From NCBI GenBank assembly GCA_012295275.1, contig CM022665.1, positions 12,028,001-12,092,000 of the forward strand: DNA of 64,000 nt, given 5' to 3'. Source of the DNA: Chrysomallon squamiferum (lineage: Eukaryota; Animalia; Mollusca). Each line of letters opens with the position of its first letter. Position 1 is the stretch's first letter. The translations under genes and the position numbers were made by a program. Below, piece by piece: positions 14,301 to 26,992 of the stretch. The notes under the pieces were generated by a model. That model saw nothing but the letters and a program-made list of their open reading frames with translations, was not told the origin of the DNA and ran no database searches.

Positions 14301-17300
14301 GCTTCTCCCATAAAATTCTCCATTGGTTGCAGTCAGAGGATGATATGCTTATTTTCAGAAATTTTCAGGAATTATACATATTTCCTGTAATGTGTATAAA
14401 TATATATATGATAAACCAGCTGCCAGTTATGTGAATGTGAATTATCCTTAATTGATAGATTAACCAAACATCAGTTATATTCCTTTTTTACATTTTTAAT
14501 TATTTTTATTTTATGCTTTTATGCATTTTAAAATTTAAAATATAATATTTGTGATACACAGGTCATTATAAAGATCCACTGCAATTTACAATTTTTATAA
14601 CATCTGATATATGCACAATAGAACTAATCTGAAAAAAAGGATAATAGAAAAGAATTTTAGAATTTTTAAATATATTTACTGGTGATTATTAATTTTGAAG
14701 CATGACCACCATTATGGATACAAATTGTGATAAGTCCTAGAAATAAATTTTATAATTTCAGTTATACCGTACAATAATGGTTGGTCATGCTGAAAATTAA
14801 TAAATATATTTAAAAAACAACAAAAAATGTTTTGTTTTTTGCATTTAGAAATGAATATAAATTAAAGATAATTCCTTGCTTTTAATTAGTGGACAGTTGT
14901 CAAAGATTGCTCCATAATGGATCTTAATTAACAGATGTTTAACCAACAAATTACAGATAATTATTCACTGTTCTTTGGAACTGTTTAAAAACAAACATTT
15001 TTCCCCCCACAGACATTGAAGATGATTACACAGGACCTCTACTCGTAGATGGCAAAGTTACAAAAACATTTGTTGAAGAACTGATGGAAACATTCAAGCA
15101 GCAGAAAAAACTACACAAGAAGCATGCATATCAGGTTCAGCTTTTAAATTACTTATTGGCATTTAACTGAAGCTGCAGAGTAAAGTTAGAATATGATAAG
15201 TGATTATTGCTATTGGTATATCTGTTGTTGTTTTTTTGTGTCTTTAATGGTTTTAAAAAAACATGCTTGCTAAGACTATTAAATTTCAAAATCCATATTT
15301 CTTAGATTAATGGACTCGCAAATAATGAAAATATTGATCATCATTCCAGAATAAGCCCATAAATATGTTGAAAATAATAAACACAATCTGTTTATAAAAT
15401 AATTTATGATTAAATTCAATGTATAGATTTGTCTGATGTATTATTAATGTCAGGCAACAGATGTTGAACTAAAGGTGTGTCCATTTGCACTTCTTTGTTT
15501 TCTCAGTATATGTTGTAGTTGCTGTATGTTGATGTAGGCTTCATTACAAATAATTACTGTAACTTTTGATTACCTGATGTGTCATGAGTGTCAGAATCAA
15601 TTATCTTCTTAACTGCTTTTTGGCTCATTACTATCCCAACCTGTGTTCCATGTGTGCCTTTTTTGTTATGGAAAAAGTGTGTGTGTGTTCATATAAAGAG
15701 ATATTTTTGCTAATCTATAAAACGTAGTCTGTTGTCAAAGTATTTATTCAAAGTTTTATCTTTGCACACATTCATGTATTTTGATTTATTTATGAATCTT
15801 CTTTATCAATAATAAACTTAAAAATAATAATTTTATTTTCTAATCGAATTACTTCCAATTCTAGAGATTTGGTGTATTTGTATTAAAGAATTCCTGCAGT
15901 GTAGTCAGATGTTTGTGAAATCACTGTATAATCACAGCCTGTGTCTCTGGGCACTTTAATATTTTTGCAGAGATCATGTCTGAATTCAAGCTGAAATTGA
16001 CTAGATTTAATCAAGAGGCAAAAAAATGTACTTGTCCAGTGGGTTACTGCACTTGAAAATGTGTTAGCCTAAGGTTGATAATGGTAGGAAAAACACCACA
16101 GGCTACCACTACATTAAACCAAATTTCACCTAATATTTAAAAAATACTGTGGTAATGTGCTCTACAGATTGGACCTGAAAAATTAAATAAAACCAAATAC
16201 CAAAACTGTCAGTTGTAAAATACTTCATAAATTTCTTTTGTTACTTTGTTTCAGATTCTTATTGATGTCAAGAAATTATTCATGAGTCAGCCTTCCATGG
16301 TAGAGATTAAAGTTCCTGAGGTGACATTAATTATTAAAGTTTTTAAAATTATTACTCTTGGCTTCATTATTTTTTTTCACCATTTCAAATTAAGTAATTG
16401 AATTTTTGAGTGAGAAAATGCCATAGATTACACATAACTAATACATTTTTAATTTAGCTGCTTTCCCAATATAGTCACAATTCTTAAATAACAGTCTTGA
16501 GATTTTAAATGTGTTTTTTTCTCCAGTTCTGAACTTTTACGTATCAGTAATTGAGGAATAGTCTCCCTTGAATTGTGAACAAAGAAATGTCTGTTTATTT
16601 GGTTTATACATTTTTTGTTTGTAAATTGACATATAAACGAATTAAATAATTGATGTTGTATTGTATAGATTTAAATTTGCTGTATGTTAATCCCTTTGCT
16701 ATTATTATTTTATTTCTTCTTTTTTTCTTTTTTCTCAGGATCAGAAATTCACTGTGTGTGGTGATATTCATGGACAATTCTATGACTTAATGAATATATT
16801 CAAGCTGAATGGACTGCCCTCAGAAACTAATCCATATGTATCCTTTGTTGTTGTCCCATAGAGATTTGGATTCCTAGATTTTCATGGTTTATCAAGTCTG
16901 TGACACTTAAAACATTGCTTTATAAGTTGATTTTCAGAATTTATCTTTGAAAAGTAATTTAATAGGTACTGGATTTTAATGCAGATGATAATGTTAGTGG
17001 TTATCAGTATAGTAGTATGAAAACTGGATTGTTGTCTGGCATTTGAATATAGTGAACCATTGTTTAAAATAATAAATGAATACGTTTTTGATAGGTTAAA
17101 AATTATCTTTTATTTTTCTTTGTGGTATTTTGTTTTTATAAATTCTTTATTATTTTTTGTGGGTTTCTTGTTTGTCTTTTTTTTTTCATCATTTTATTAT
17201 TATTATTTTACAAAGTTTATTTATCCTTAATATTATTCAGTTATTTAATGGTGACTTTGTGGATCGAGGATCATTTTCAGTAGAGTGTATATTCACATTA

Positions 17301-20300
17301 TTTAGTTTTAAACTGTTGTACCCAGACCATTTCTTTATGTCAAGAGGTGAGTAAACTGTTCTTGTAGCTTGTGTTTCCAAATTGTTCAAATCACTGAAAA
17401 TTATAAATTTTGTGTTCAAATTAATCACATTTTAATATAAATTCAGCACTTCTCTGATGGCTGTTGCAAAGGTTTTCATTTATTTTTAAATGCTGTTTGT
17501 TTGTATTTGTAGGCAATCATGAAAGTGCTTTAATGAATCAGATGTATGGGTTTGAAGGTGAAGTGAAGTCGAAATATCCTTTCCCAATGTGCAAATGGGT
17601 TTTTATACATAAAGATTTACTAATTTTAGTTAACCTGTTACTTTAAAAATCTTTTTAGTTACTTTTTTTATTTTTTTTTTTTTGGTGAGGATTGGGGTAC
17701 ATACGACAAAAGTAATATTAATGATTAAACTTCATAACACATACATTATTTCACAATTTTTTAATTTTATTTTTAATTTTTTTTAATAATTATTATTATG
17801 TTTTTTATTCCACATTAGATTGTACAATATCCATTTCTTATGAAAAAAAAATCAATGAAAAATGTTTTTTCTGGACAAAAATACACTGGCTCTGTCATTA
17901 TAGGGTGATAATTTTTAGTGGCCTGGACCATTTTATGAGCATGGGTTTCATTGGAATGTATCAGATTTTACTCTCAGTAAATAAACAAGCGATTCTAATA
18001 TATACTCATAGTATTATGTGGGGAAGTACTGTTTAATTGTCTACCTTAACAAAAGTTACATTTACCTCTCAGATGTGTTCACTATTCACAGAAGTCTTCA
18101 ACTGGTTGCCTCTCTCCCACTGCATCAATAGCAAAGTCTTGGTAAGTGCAGAACATTTGTATTTTAGGAAAAATTAAAATATAAAAATGGAACAAAAATA
18201 AACTGTTTGATCCATGCACACTTATTACCATATGAATTGCATTGGTTGGCTATTATAAAAGATACATATGTTTGCAAAATTTAAAAATAATTTTTTAATG
18301 ATCCCTTGCAAAATTTATTCTCATTTAATCAGTGGCAACTATATTGGTAAATACAAAATATTTCCAGTGGGGATGAAAGAAAGTTCATAAAGAAATAATA
18401 ATTTTGACTCCTTTGGTTTACATCTGTTAATTACACATGATTATAATGAGTGGTAAAAATAAAACATAAATGAATTTGTTGTGAAGACTGCTTTATTCAG
18501 TTTATAAAAAAATAACGGGACATTGTAATTGACTATTTATTCAGTAAGTCTTTGCTATTAAAGTTTAAATTCTGCTCTATTTTTATTCACACCAAAACCC
18601 TTTAACTTGCCTATGACTTCAGTTAATTAATATTAGATAGTCATTCTATGGTTTATACAGTAATTTCCATTTATATAAAAAGCTGTAACATTACGTAATT
18701 CTATAAATGTGACTGTTGCTGTCCTCTTATAAATTTATAGAGGCTAAGCTGTTCATCTGTTCATAAGTTTGGTTTATATTCCAACAGGTAATGCATGGAG
18801 GTCTTTTCTCAGAAGATAATGTTACACTGGATGATCTTAGAAAGGTCACTCGTAACCACCAGCCACCTGATTCTGGTCAGTTGATTATCAATTTATATTC
18901 TGACTTATATTCACTATCAATCAATTTCCCAAATCAATAATATTTTTATGTGTTGTGTATTTATTCCTTTATTTGACTCATATTGTTAACATAATGTAAT
19001 GACATATATTTATTTGTTTAATGTCAAAAGAAATATCTTGTGATATTAGGTTTTAGTAAAATCTGCCCTTGTTCAGGAGGAATGGTAATTTATTCCTTTG
19101 TTCTTGCATTAATTTCAGTGAAAATTCTTTTTTTTTTTTTTTTCATTCCCTTATTTTCATATGAACTGTGGCAGTTTGGTATGTTCTTTCTAGTTCTTTG
19201 TTCAGCTATTAATAGGTATGTTACAAAAATATTCAGTTCCAAGTTACCAGAAACTCTCCTGTTTCATTGGATAGAGCTTTAAGAAAGAAACAAAATGAGA
19301 CCAGAGTTTTAGAAATGTCTTGAAAATTGAAGGAATTAATGGCAATTTCAGATGCTGAAAAAATGCCTATATCTCCTATATTTTTTATTTATATGAAGTC
19401 AAAGGAAACATCAACAGAAACTTAAAAATTGCTGAAAACAGAATTACAGCATTCATGTAATTTATAAATAAGGTAAACAAGTGCTCTCGACCAATCAGAA
19501 GGCAGCATTTTGGTTCACGTGACCTCATTCCCTCAAACAGTGACATCCATTACCATAACAAAGAGTTGCATTCAGCATCATTTGCAATCAAATAAACTAT
19601 GTTCGCAAGTATAGATTTCACTGAAATTTGGCAGAAATAAAGTTAAATAAATGATCTATTGAAAGCATATGTATTTTAAAAATGATCACTCACCTGCTAA
19701 GCCTACTTGGATGATTTTGTAAGACAAATATTAAAAAATGTTCACAAGAATATTGGAGATGCTTGTGGTTAATAGAAATTAAATTTTGGAAAGTGAGTAT
19801 GTGTAGAAATGTGTGCAGAACATCATCAAAAAAGGTTTATTCTTAGAAATCTGTTTATACAGCCAAGATAGCGAAAGTGCGTAATTGTAACAGTACTACT
19901 ATTACATTCAAAATTAATACAATTTAGTTAATAGTTACTTAATTAGATAAACTCCAAAGAGTAAAATGATCTGTTTAATTCTTTCATTGCAGGAATTATG
20001 TGTGAGTTGCTTTGGTCAGATCCTCAGCCACAGAATGGCCGGTCAACCAGTAAGCGAGGTGTTGGTGTCCAGTTTGGACCAGATGTTACAGAAAAGTTCC
20101 TCAAGTTAAATAATTTGGACTACATAATCAGAAGTCATGAAGTGAAGAATGAAGGATATGAAGAAATGCACAATGGAAAGTGCATAACTGTTTTCTCAGC
20201 TCCAAACTACTGGTAATATATAACTACATTGAGATGCTTTTTTTAAATTCTAGCCATTGGTTTTAATATGGTATTGTTTAATATGCCTAGATTTGTCTTA

Positions 20301-21421
20301 TAAATGAAATATGTTTTTAATCTGGATTTCCATGTATCACTTTCCAGTCATATTTTTCTTTTCGTTACAATTAAATTTAAAGATCTTTAGAATTGTTCAG
20401 ATTATATTCTTACTTAGATGAAGAAACAGTTGTTTTAAAAATAAAAAGCAATATGTATATATACACACATACATATATAAATAATAATAATTACTTACTT
20501 ACAACAGCTGTACTTGACTTTCGCAAGAAGCAAATTTATACTGTTCAGTAGTCAAGAAATATATACATATTGTTTTCCATTATATCTCATTCTTCATGGT
20601 GAGAAGTTATAACTTTATTTACAATGTTGTCCATGCAGGATTTAAACTTTAGCACCAAAACTATTTTTGAAAACATTTGTAAACATTTTGTATAACCCCA
20701 TTAGTAACACTGCATTCCTATTAAATCATTTATAACATAAATATATATGTATTTTTTTTTCTCCAGTGATACAATTGGCAATAAAGGTGCTTTCATTACA
20801 ATGAAAGGAGACAATCTCAGGCCAAATTATACATCTTATGATGCAGTGGTAAGTTTGATACCTGAAACCAGTTATTTATTAAATTATAATATCAGAGAAC
20901 CCTTTCTTCCATTTTTTGAGATAACTGACCACAGATAGGGTATTTATTTGGAAGAAACAAACTCTATTTTCGCATTAGGAGAGGTCCTTTATAAGCACTT
21001 GATAATCAGTATCATGAATAGAACCTTTTTTAAATTTAAAATTAATGTTTTATGTAATTTCCATTGAATTTTTAGATGCATTTTCATAATAAAACATTTA
21101 ACCAATAAAGATTTCGTCAGTAAAGCAAAATTTAAAAAGAGATAACAAATATTCCTTTATGAAAATATCAAAACACTGCTTTTGGTTTTTCAATGATTCA
21201 AATGGTTTTAGTCTGAAAATTGTTTTTGCATTGTTGGCCATATAATTTAAAAAATAAAGAAATTTAATATCGTTACTGTCATAAATTCTGATACTGAAAA
21301 ATATATTTCATAATGACTTACTGTTTCTTTCTTTATTTTTTTATTTATTTTTTTACTTTTTCAGCCACATCCCAATGTAAAGCCAATGGCATTTGCTAAT
21401 TCTCTGTTTGGATTATTTTGA
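11323..21421 (+). CDS. PPP5C: Serine/threonine-protein phosphatase 5 (TPR domain plus PPP catalytic domain), 14 exons, ~505 aa
   Basis: Exons 11323-11470, 12137-12306, 12644-12715, 13678-13822, 15013-15134, 16255-16320, 16739-16837, 17241-17346, 17513-17573, 18060-18141, 18788-18875, 19993-20212, 20767-20848, 21365-21421 join in frame (1518 nt). TPR segments: [45 protein letters not shown] motifs: GDIHGQ, GDFVDRG, RGNHE, HGG, RSHE, SAPNYC. C-terminus [12 protein letters not shown]. An alternative in-frame ATG lies at 11308. Confidence 0.97.
13982..14423. repeat. Inverted repeat (fold-back/MITE-like relic) in PPP5C intron 4
   Basis: GCAGCTGGTTTATCAT (13982-13997), TTACAGGAAATATGT (14005-14019) and AATTCCTGAAAATTT (14022-14036) are exact reverse complements of 14408-14423, 14376-14390 and 14359-14373. 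Confidence 0.85.
16838..17240 (+). other. U12-type (minor spliceosome) GT-AG intron, PPP5C intron 7
   Basis: 5' site GTATCCTTT at 16838; branch point TCCTTAAT at 17224-17231; AG at 17239-17240; no polypyrimidine tract. Splicing gives ...ETNPY|[10 protein letters not shown]. Confidence 0.93.
17574..18059 (+). other. U12-type AT-AC intron, PPP5C intron 9
   Basis: 5' site ATATCCTTT at 17574; branch point CTACCTTAAC at 18041-18050; AC at 18058-18059. Splicing gives ...EGEVKSK|[18 protein letters not shown], collinear with PP5. Confidence 0.93.
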
Positions 21422-24400
21422 TCATTTGTCTGTAGTTAATATTTGTGTTATATTTGTGAACTGAATGAATGTGACCAACAAAGATGCAATTGGATCTAGT
21501 TACTGACAACATGAGATATCGCTAAACTGCTCTACAATAGAAGTTTCCCATCTCATGAAATAATACATCATCATTTGTTGAGTAGTAGTCAACACATATG
21601 GAGAGAGTACTTACCAAACTATTGTACGTGAAACAAGGTTTTATTCTTGGACAGATAATTCTTACACCTAACAAAACATTCATACTTGTGATTAACTCAA
21701 TAGTTAACTTGTCTTTCTTTTATGAATTATAATAAAAATTGGTTATTGAATACATATTTCACAGACATAATAAAATAAATCATACTAGTCATTAATTAAA
21801 TAATTATTAGAAAATACTTTCTTATGTGAAATCTTTGATATTTGGATTGCAGTTTTGATTTAAAAAAAAAAAAGTAAAATGTTTTTATTTGTGGTATATT
21901 TAAAAGTTGGCTTGTTTTTGAAAGTACTGCCTTTCCTCTGTTAAATCTAATCATATGGATTACCAAAGAAAAATTATTCATGGACAAATATTTTATAGTT
22001 GAATACTCATCAAACCACTGGAAACAAAACAACTGTAATAATGAAAATTTATTCTTCATCTTTCATAAATCACTGTATACTGTTTAGACCACAGATGAAG
22101 TGAATAAAATGTTGATGTATGAAATAGGAAATTAGGCTGATAGTGGTAACAATAGATATTTTTTTCAAAAATGAACAGTTAAGTGAAACTGGAGAAAAGA
22201 TCAGCTGATAATATTGTTTTGAATGGAATACAAAGGTTGGATTGTTTCCAGATCATTGTGAAGTAAAAATTTTGTTACATCTTGGAGGCCAGAAGTGATC
22301 AGACAATATTAATTAGTTTTAAACTTTTGCACAAAAAACATTTTTGAAAATGTTTGTCAGATCTATGCAGGTATTTGTAAATTAGCGGTGAATTTAAACT
22401 CATTAGCAAAGACTAAAACAGGGTTTGATTCATCCTCTGTGAAAAACATATTTACAATACAATCCCAAATATACAGTTTTAACCCCTTCCCCCAACCCTT
22501 ACTGCAGGTGCGTCTTGTATAACTACATCAACCACAGATTTACCACTTAGATTTCTTTCATATCACATATAAATGTTTTTAAAAAGTCATTTGTTCCACT
22601 TAATCTTTTTTAGAATTTTTTTTATACTTTATTTAGAATTTTCACTAATTGGTTTCTTTTTCACTGTTTCTTCTGTAGATTATTAATTCATAGTTGAAAT
22701 ATTGCTTTTTGCCTCATTTAGTTGCAAAGTGAATTTTTTTTTTTTTAACAATAATTGTCCATTGTTTATTTCTATTGGTAGCTATAATATTTTCCCAGTA
22801 TTACAGTATAAGTAGTATATATTATTATTAAACTGTACTTTTGATGGAATAGTCTAAATATGTTCTGGAATACTTCCAAATTGTTTTATTTGATTTTTGC
22901 TATCTAATCATAATTACTGAAGTGTAACAACAAAAGGTGGCTTGAAATTATCAGGGTACTGTCATTCTTCTGTAGAAGTGACATTTGTGAACAAGGCAGA
23001 TCAATTTACTTAAAAGTTTTTTTCTTGTCAGAAAAATTAAATACTTACCAGTATACTGGATGAAGGGTTGAAATGGAGGTGTTTGTGTACTTTGAAATAC
23101 TATTATTTTATTGTCATGTATTTTTGTGAGTGATGGTAGGTCACCCAAACCAATTAAATAGCAATTTGGAAGTATAAAGAATTTTATTAGATGTTTTATA
23201 TGTACCACTAAAAAGTTGATACAACTTAAAGTTAACAATATGTATGTTTCTCATCTATGAGCTATGCAGCAAAATATGTGTATGTGTTTATAACTAATTA
23301 AACTTTCTGTATAATTTAAATAGATTTTTAATTTACTTTAAAAATAAGTTCATTTTATTTTACATTCAATCTCCATTTGTTTAACTATTGAAAAATTCAT
23401 CCTTTCAGATATTGTTGACATCAAATCAAAACATTAAATGGTTTACCACAGTTACTATAAAAACTTGGAGAAAAATTCATAATATTTAACAAGATTTTAC
23501 TGTGATGAGGTGCTATAATTGTTTTATTTTAATGTATGTTTTTGTTGGGTTTTTTTTTACATGTTAAGAGTTTAAAAGATTTACACTTTTTTAGGGATTT
23601 TTTGTTATTGTTTATTTTTTATTTAAATTTTTTTAAATGTATTTTCAAGGCATAAAATAAAATCTATTTTGAAAATCCTGTTACAAATCTGTCATATCTT
23701 TGTTTAAACCACCTTTTTCTTAGTATTCTTAAATTTTTTGCTGGGTAAGAATTTTATAAAATTAAAACTATCATTTCTTGAGGTCTTGAAACCAGATCTT
23801 AGTTATTAAGCCACAGGGTTTTTTTTTTTTTATTACAAATTTCACTTTGTTTTCCATTTTTTCATACCAAATTTTCATAGATATGTATGTCTTCTTTCAG
23901 TCTTTACCTTTCTTTCAGCTGAGATATGACCATGTTGTCGGTAGTTTGTATATAATATGTTTTAAGTGCCAAAAAGTCATTGCATTGTGCTAATATAGTT
24001 AGACATTCTAAATTCTAGGATCGTGGACAGAAAAACAAAAAATGTTAGGACAACTTTTGAATATATGATGGGGAATTCTGCATGTACTTTCAAAGTTAAT
24101 ATTTAATGATGTACATTTTCATGCTCCATAATTACAAAGGCAGTTAAATATAAATAATTTCATTTTCACATAAATATTTCTATATTTGAAAAAAAGAAAA
24201 AAAAAAAAACATTTTTTAATTTTGCTTTTTGATTTAATTCAAAGTCAGTAAAATAAAATATTTATATGCTGGCCCATAATGTTTTAAATTACAATTTACT
24301 TTGTGACTGATCTGTTTTAAACAGTTATTAATACAAATGTGTAATAAGCATTTACATAGTAAACTGTGCTGCATTGTTAATCTTGTATGATGTTGCTTTT

Positions 24401-26992
24401 TGTTCAAAGTATTGTGATTGTTAATATACCCATTACTTGCATTCTTTGTATGGAGCGTGTACAAAGCCTGTGGTGTTGGTGTTTATTTTTATTTTCAGTG
24501 TAGTGGCATGTGTGTTACATGTACAAAGTAGAATTACTAAGCTGAGCTTTCGTTTATTGTTATTAAGCTTGAATGATGAACAAAACTCTAGTTTTATAAA
24601 ACAATATTTTTGTTGTGCAAATACATTGATGTGCATTTAAAATTAAAGTAAAGCAAGGCACAGAAGATACTGAAAGTTTTATTTGTATTTAGGAAAATTT
24701 GTTATGAAAAATTTTAATTCCAGCGTTGTATCTAATTGCTTCTTTTATTTTGGAATATGTGAAATGTCAAGACTAAGCAGACTGGCTAACATATGAATTG
24801 TTACAGCAATTTAGAAAGTATACTAAGCTGCAGGAATACTATTCAGAATATGTACAAGCCATGGTAGTGTTTAGTCATTTATACCTTTTTTTAAAAATTA
24901 GGTTGTAAAATATGTTGAAATAATCTTTGTTGCTGTTGTTGTCGTTCCCTACATTTCATAGGGTTTGTCTAATGCATGTTACAAATGTGCAGACCACACA
25001 TTGAACACTTAGGACAGTCATATATTTATGCAGTTTTAACCCTTTCATATATATTATTTTTATTAATAATTCAGAATAATTTTGTAAGTAAATACAAATT
25101 AAGTTGTTTTATTATAAATTCACAAATGTGATGCGACCGGTTATAATAAACAGAAGAAGAATGGTGTGTATTGTCACCAGTGGAATTTGGAAACCCATGT
25201 TATGAAGGGATTATTATCTCATTCCATAAATTGTACTTTGATAACCTTTCAAATCAAAAAAAGGAAGGAATACAGATTTCTTTGGCAAAGAGTGTGAAAC
25301 AGATTATCATTTCCATCAAAATAAAAATTTACTGAAATGAAACATATTGACTTAATATTAATTTCATTTTTTTAGATTTTTTTTAGATGAATTAACAAAA
25401 ATCTGCACATCTGTAAATAAAATAATGTTTTATATAATTTGACATTGAAACTGCTAGAAACTTTTAATATATTGTAGTGTACATATTTATCTGTTTGATG
25501 TGTCAGCATATATAATACATGTATATATATTTTTACTTCAGTAATATGTACTGAAATGTCATTCTGTAACCACCAGAAACTTTTAATATAATATTAATGA
25601 AACTGATTAAAACATCTGTATTTAAAAAGTGGTTATTCATCATGATGATTTTTCATGACAGTCATTGTGTATCAATGAACACAGTCATTGTTCTATGAAC
25701 ATCTACAGCATAGTGATAATTATGTTGGTTGTACACAGCATAGCTGTATTAACTATTTTATTTTCATTTTATGTATTCAGATACATAAAAGGTAACAAAA
25801 ATGTGTCGTTTTCAGATAAAAATACATCCATAAAATATATTAATATATGCACAAAATGTTGAATATTCAACTCCCCCATCCTCCTCCATGTAAACAATTA
25901 TTGTTCTCTTTTCCAATTCAGACTTAATCATTCTTTCATGCTGAAAACTTGTATGATTCAGTTCTATATCAGTAATTCCTGTTTAAAACTTAAAAATAAA
26001 TTTAACTTGTTCGTTCATTATTGAAGGTACAAGTTAAATTTATTTTCAAGTTTTAAACAGGTAAGCATTTAAATGGTATACCAGGATTTATCCATTGTTA
26101 ATTCTATATATTTTTCAGATGTGTGCTCAAATCTGAACTCCCCATTGTGTACTAATCTGTATTATATGGATGGTCCTTTATTAAATCTTTGGGATACCAT
26201 TTCTATCATTACAATATCTTTAAATAGAATATTACTTTTATACAGAATATATTCCATGTTAAACAAATTTTGATTATTTTTACAATGAAAACATCTCTGC
26301 ATCTGTTAAAAATCATGGATTTAGCATTGATGTATTTCACAAATATAAATACTTACTCTACGAGCAAAACATAAAATGTAACATAACACTGTTCTGACAT
26401 TCTTAACATTCACACCCATGTTTAGCTTGAAGGACCAGTTCATTCTGTTTGTTTACATGGATGTTATTATCTGTGATGACAATGAAATAAAGGTTGATAT
26501 TAAAAGTTAATTGTGTGATTTTAATTTTAATTTTCAGCTGTTTTAATGTTTTTACTAGAAATATGTATTTCCCTAATATCATTCTGAAATTTGAATACAT
26601 CTGTGGTCGTATGAACAAAAAGCTTAAACACATTTTATACACATACATTCATATGTTTTATTTCCTTTGATGCCAACCTTTGTATACAATGTATACAATA
26701 ATATAACAAGGCAGAGAAGATTACTGGCAGCCATTCTCCTTTTTTGTACTGTCATTACAAAAACGAAAAACTATTAAGTGGTAAATCATTGCAATTCATC
26801 CTCTGTCCACTAAGTATGAAATGAAATCACAAAAAGGGAAATGTCTGCCTCCATGCATCCTTATGATTCTGTTATTTTATTATTAGGAAACAAATAAAAC
26901 CACAACTAAGAAGTATGTCAAATTAATTTGTACATTTTAGCTGTTATTAGAATTAAAAATACCCAACAGAAATTCAATTTGAGAGTTTACTC

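Noticed and set aside
19490-19525. CCAATCAG plus TCACGTGA motif pair in PPP5C intron 11 as an internal promoter
   Set aside because: Isolated in CpG-depleted intronic DNA with no other support; more likely an old repeat fragment.
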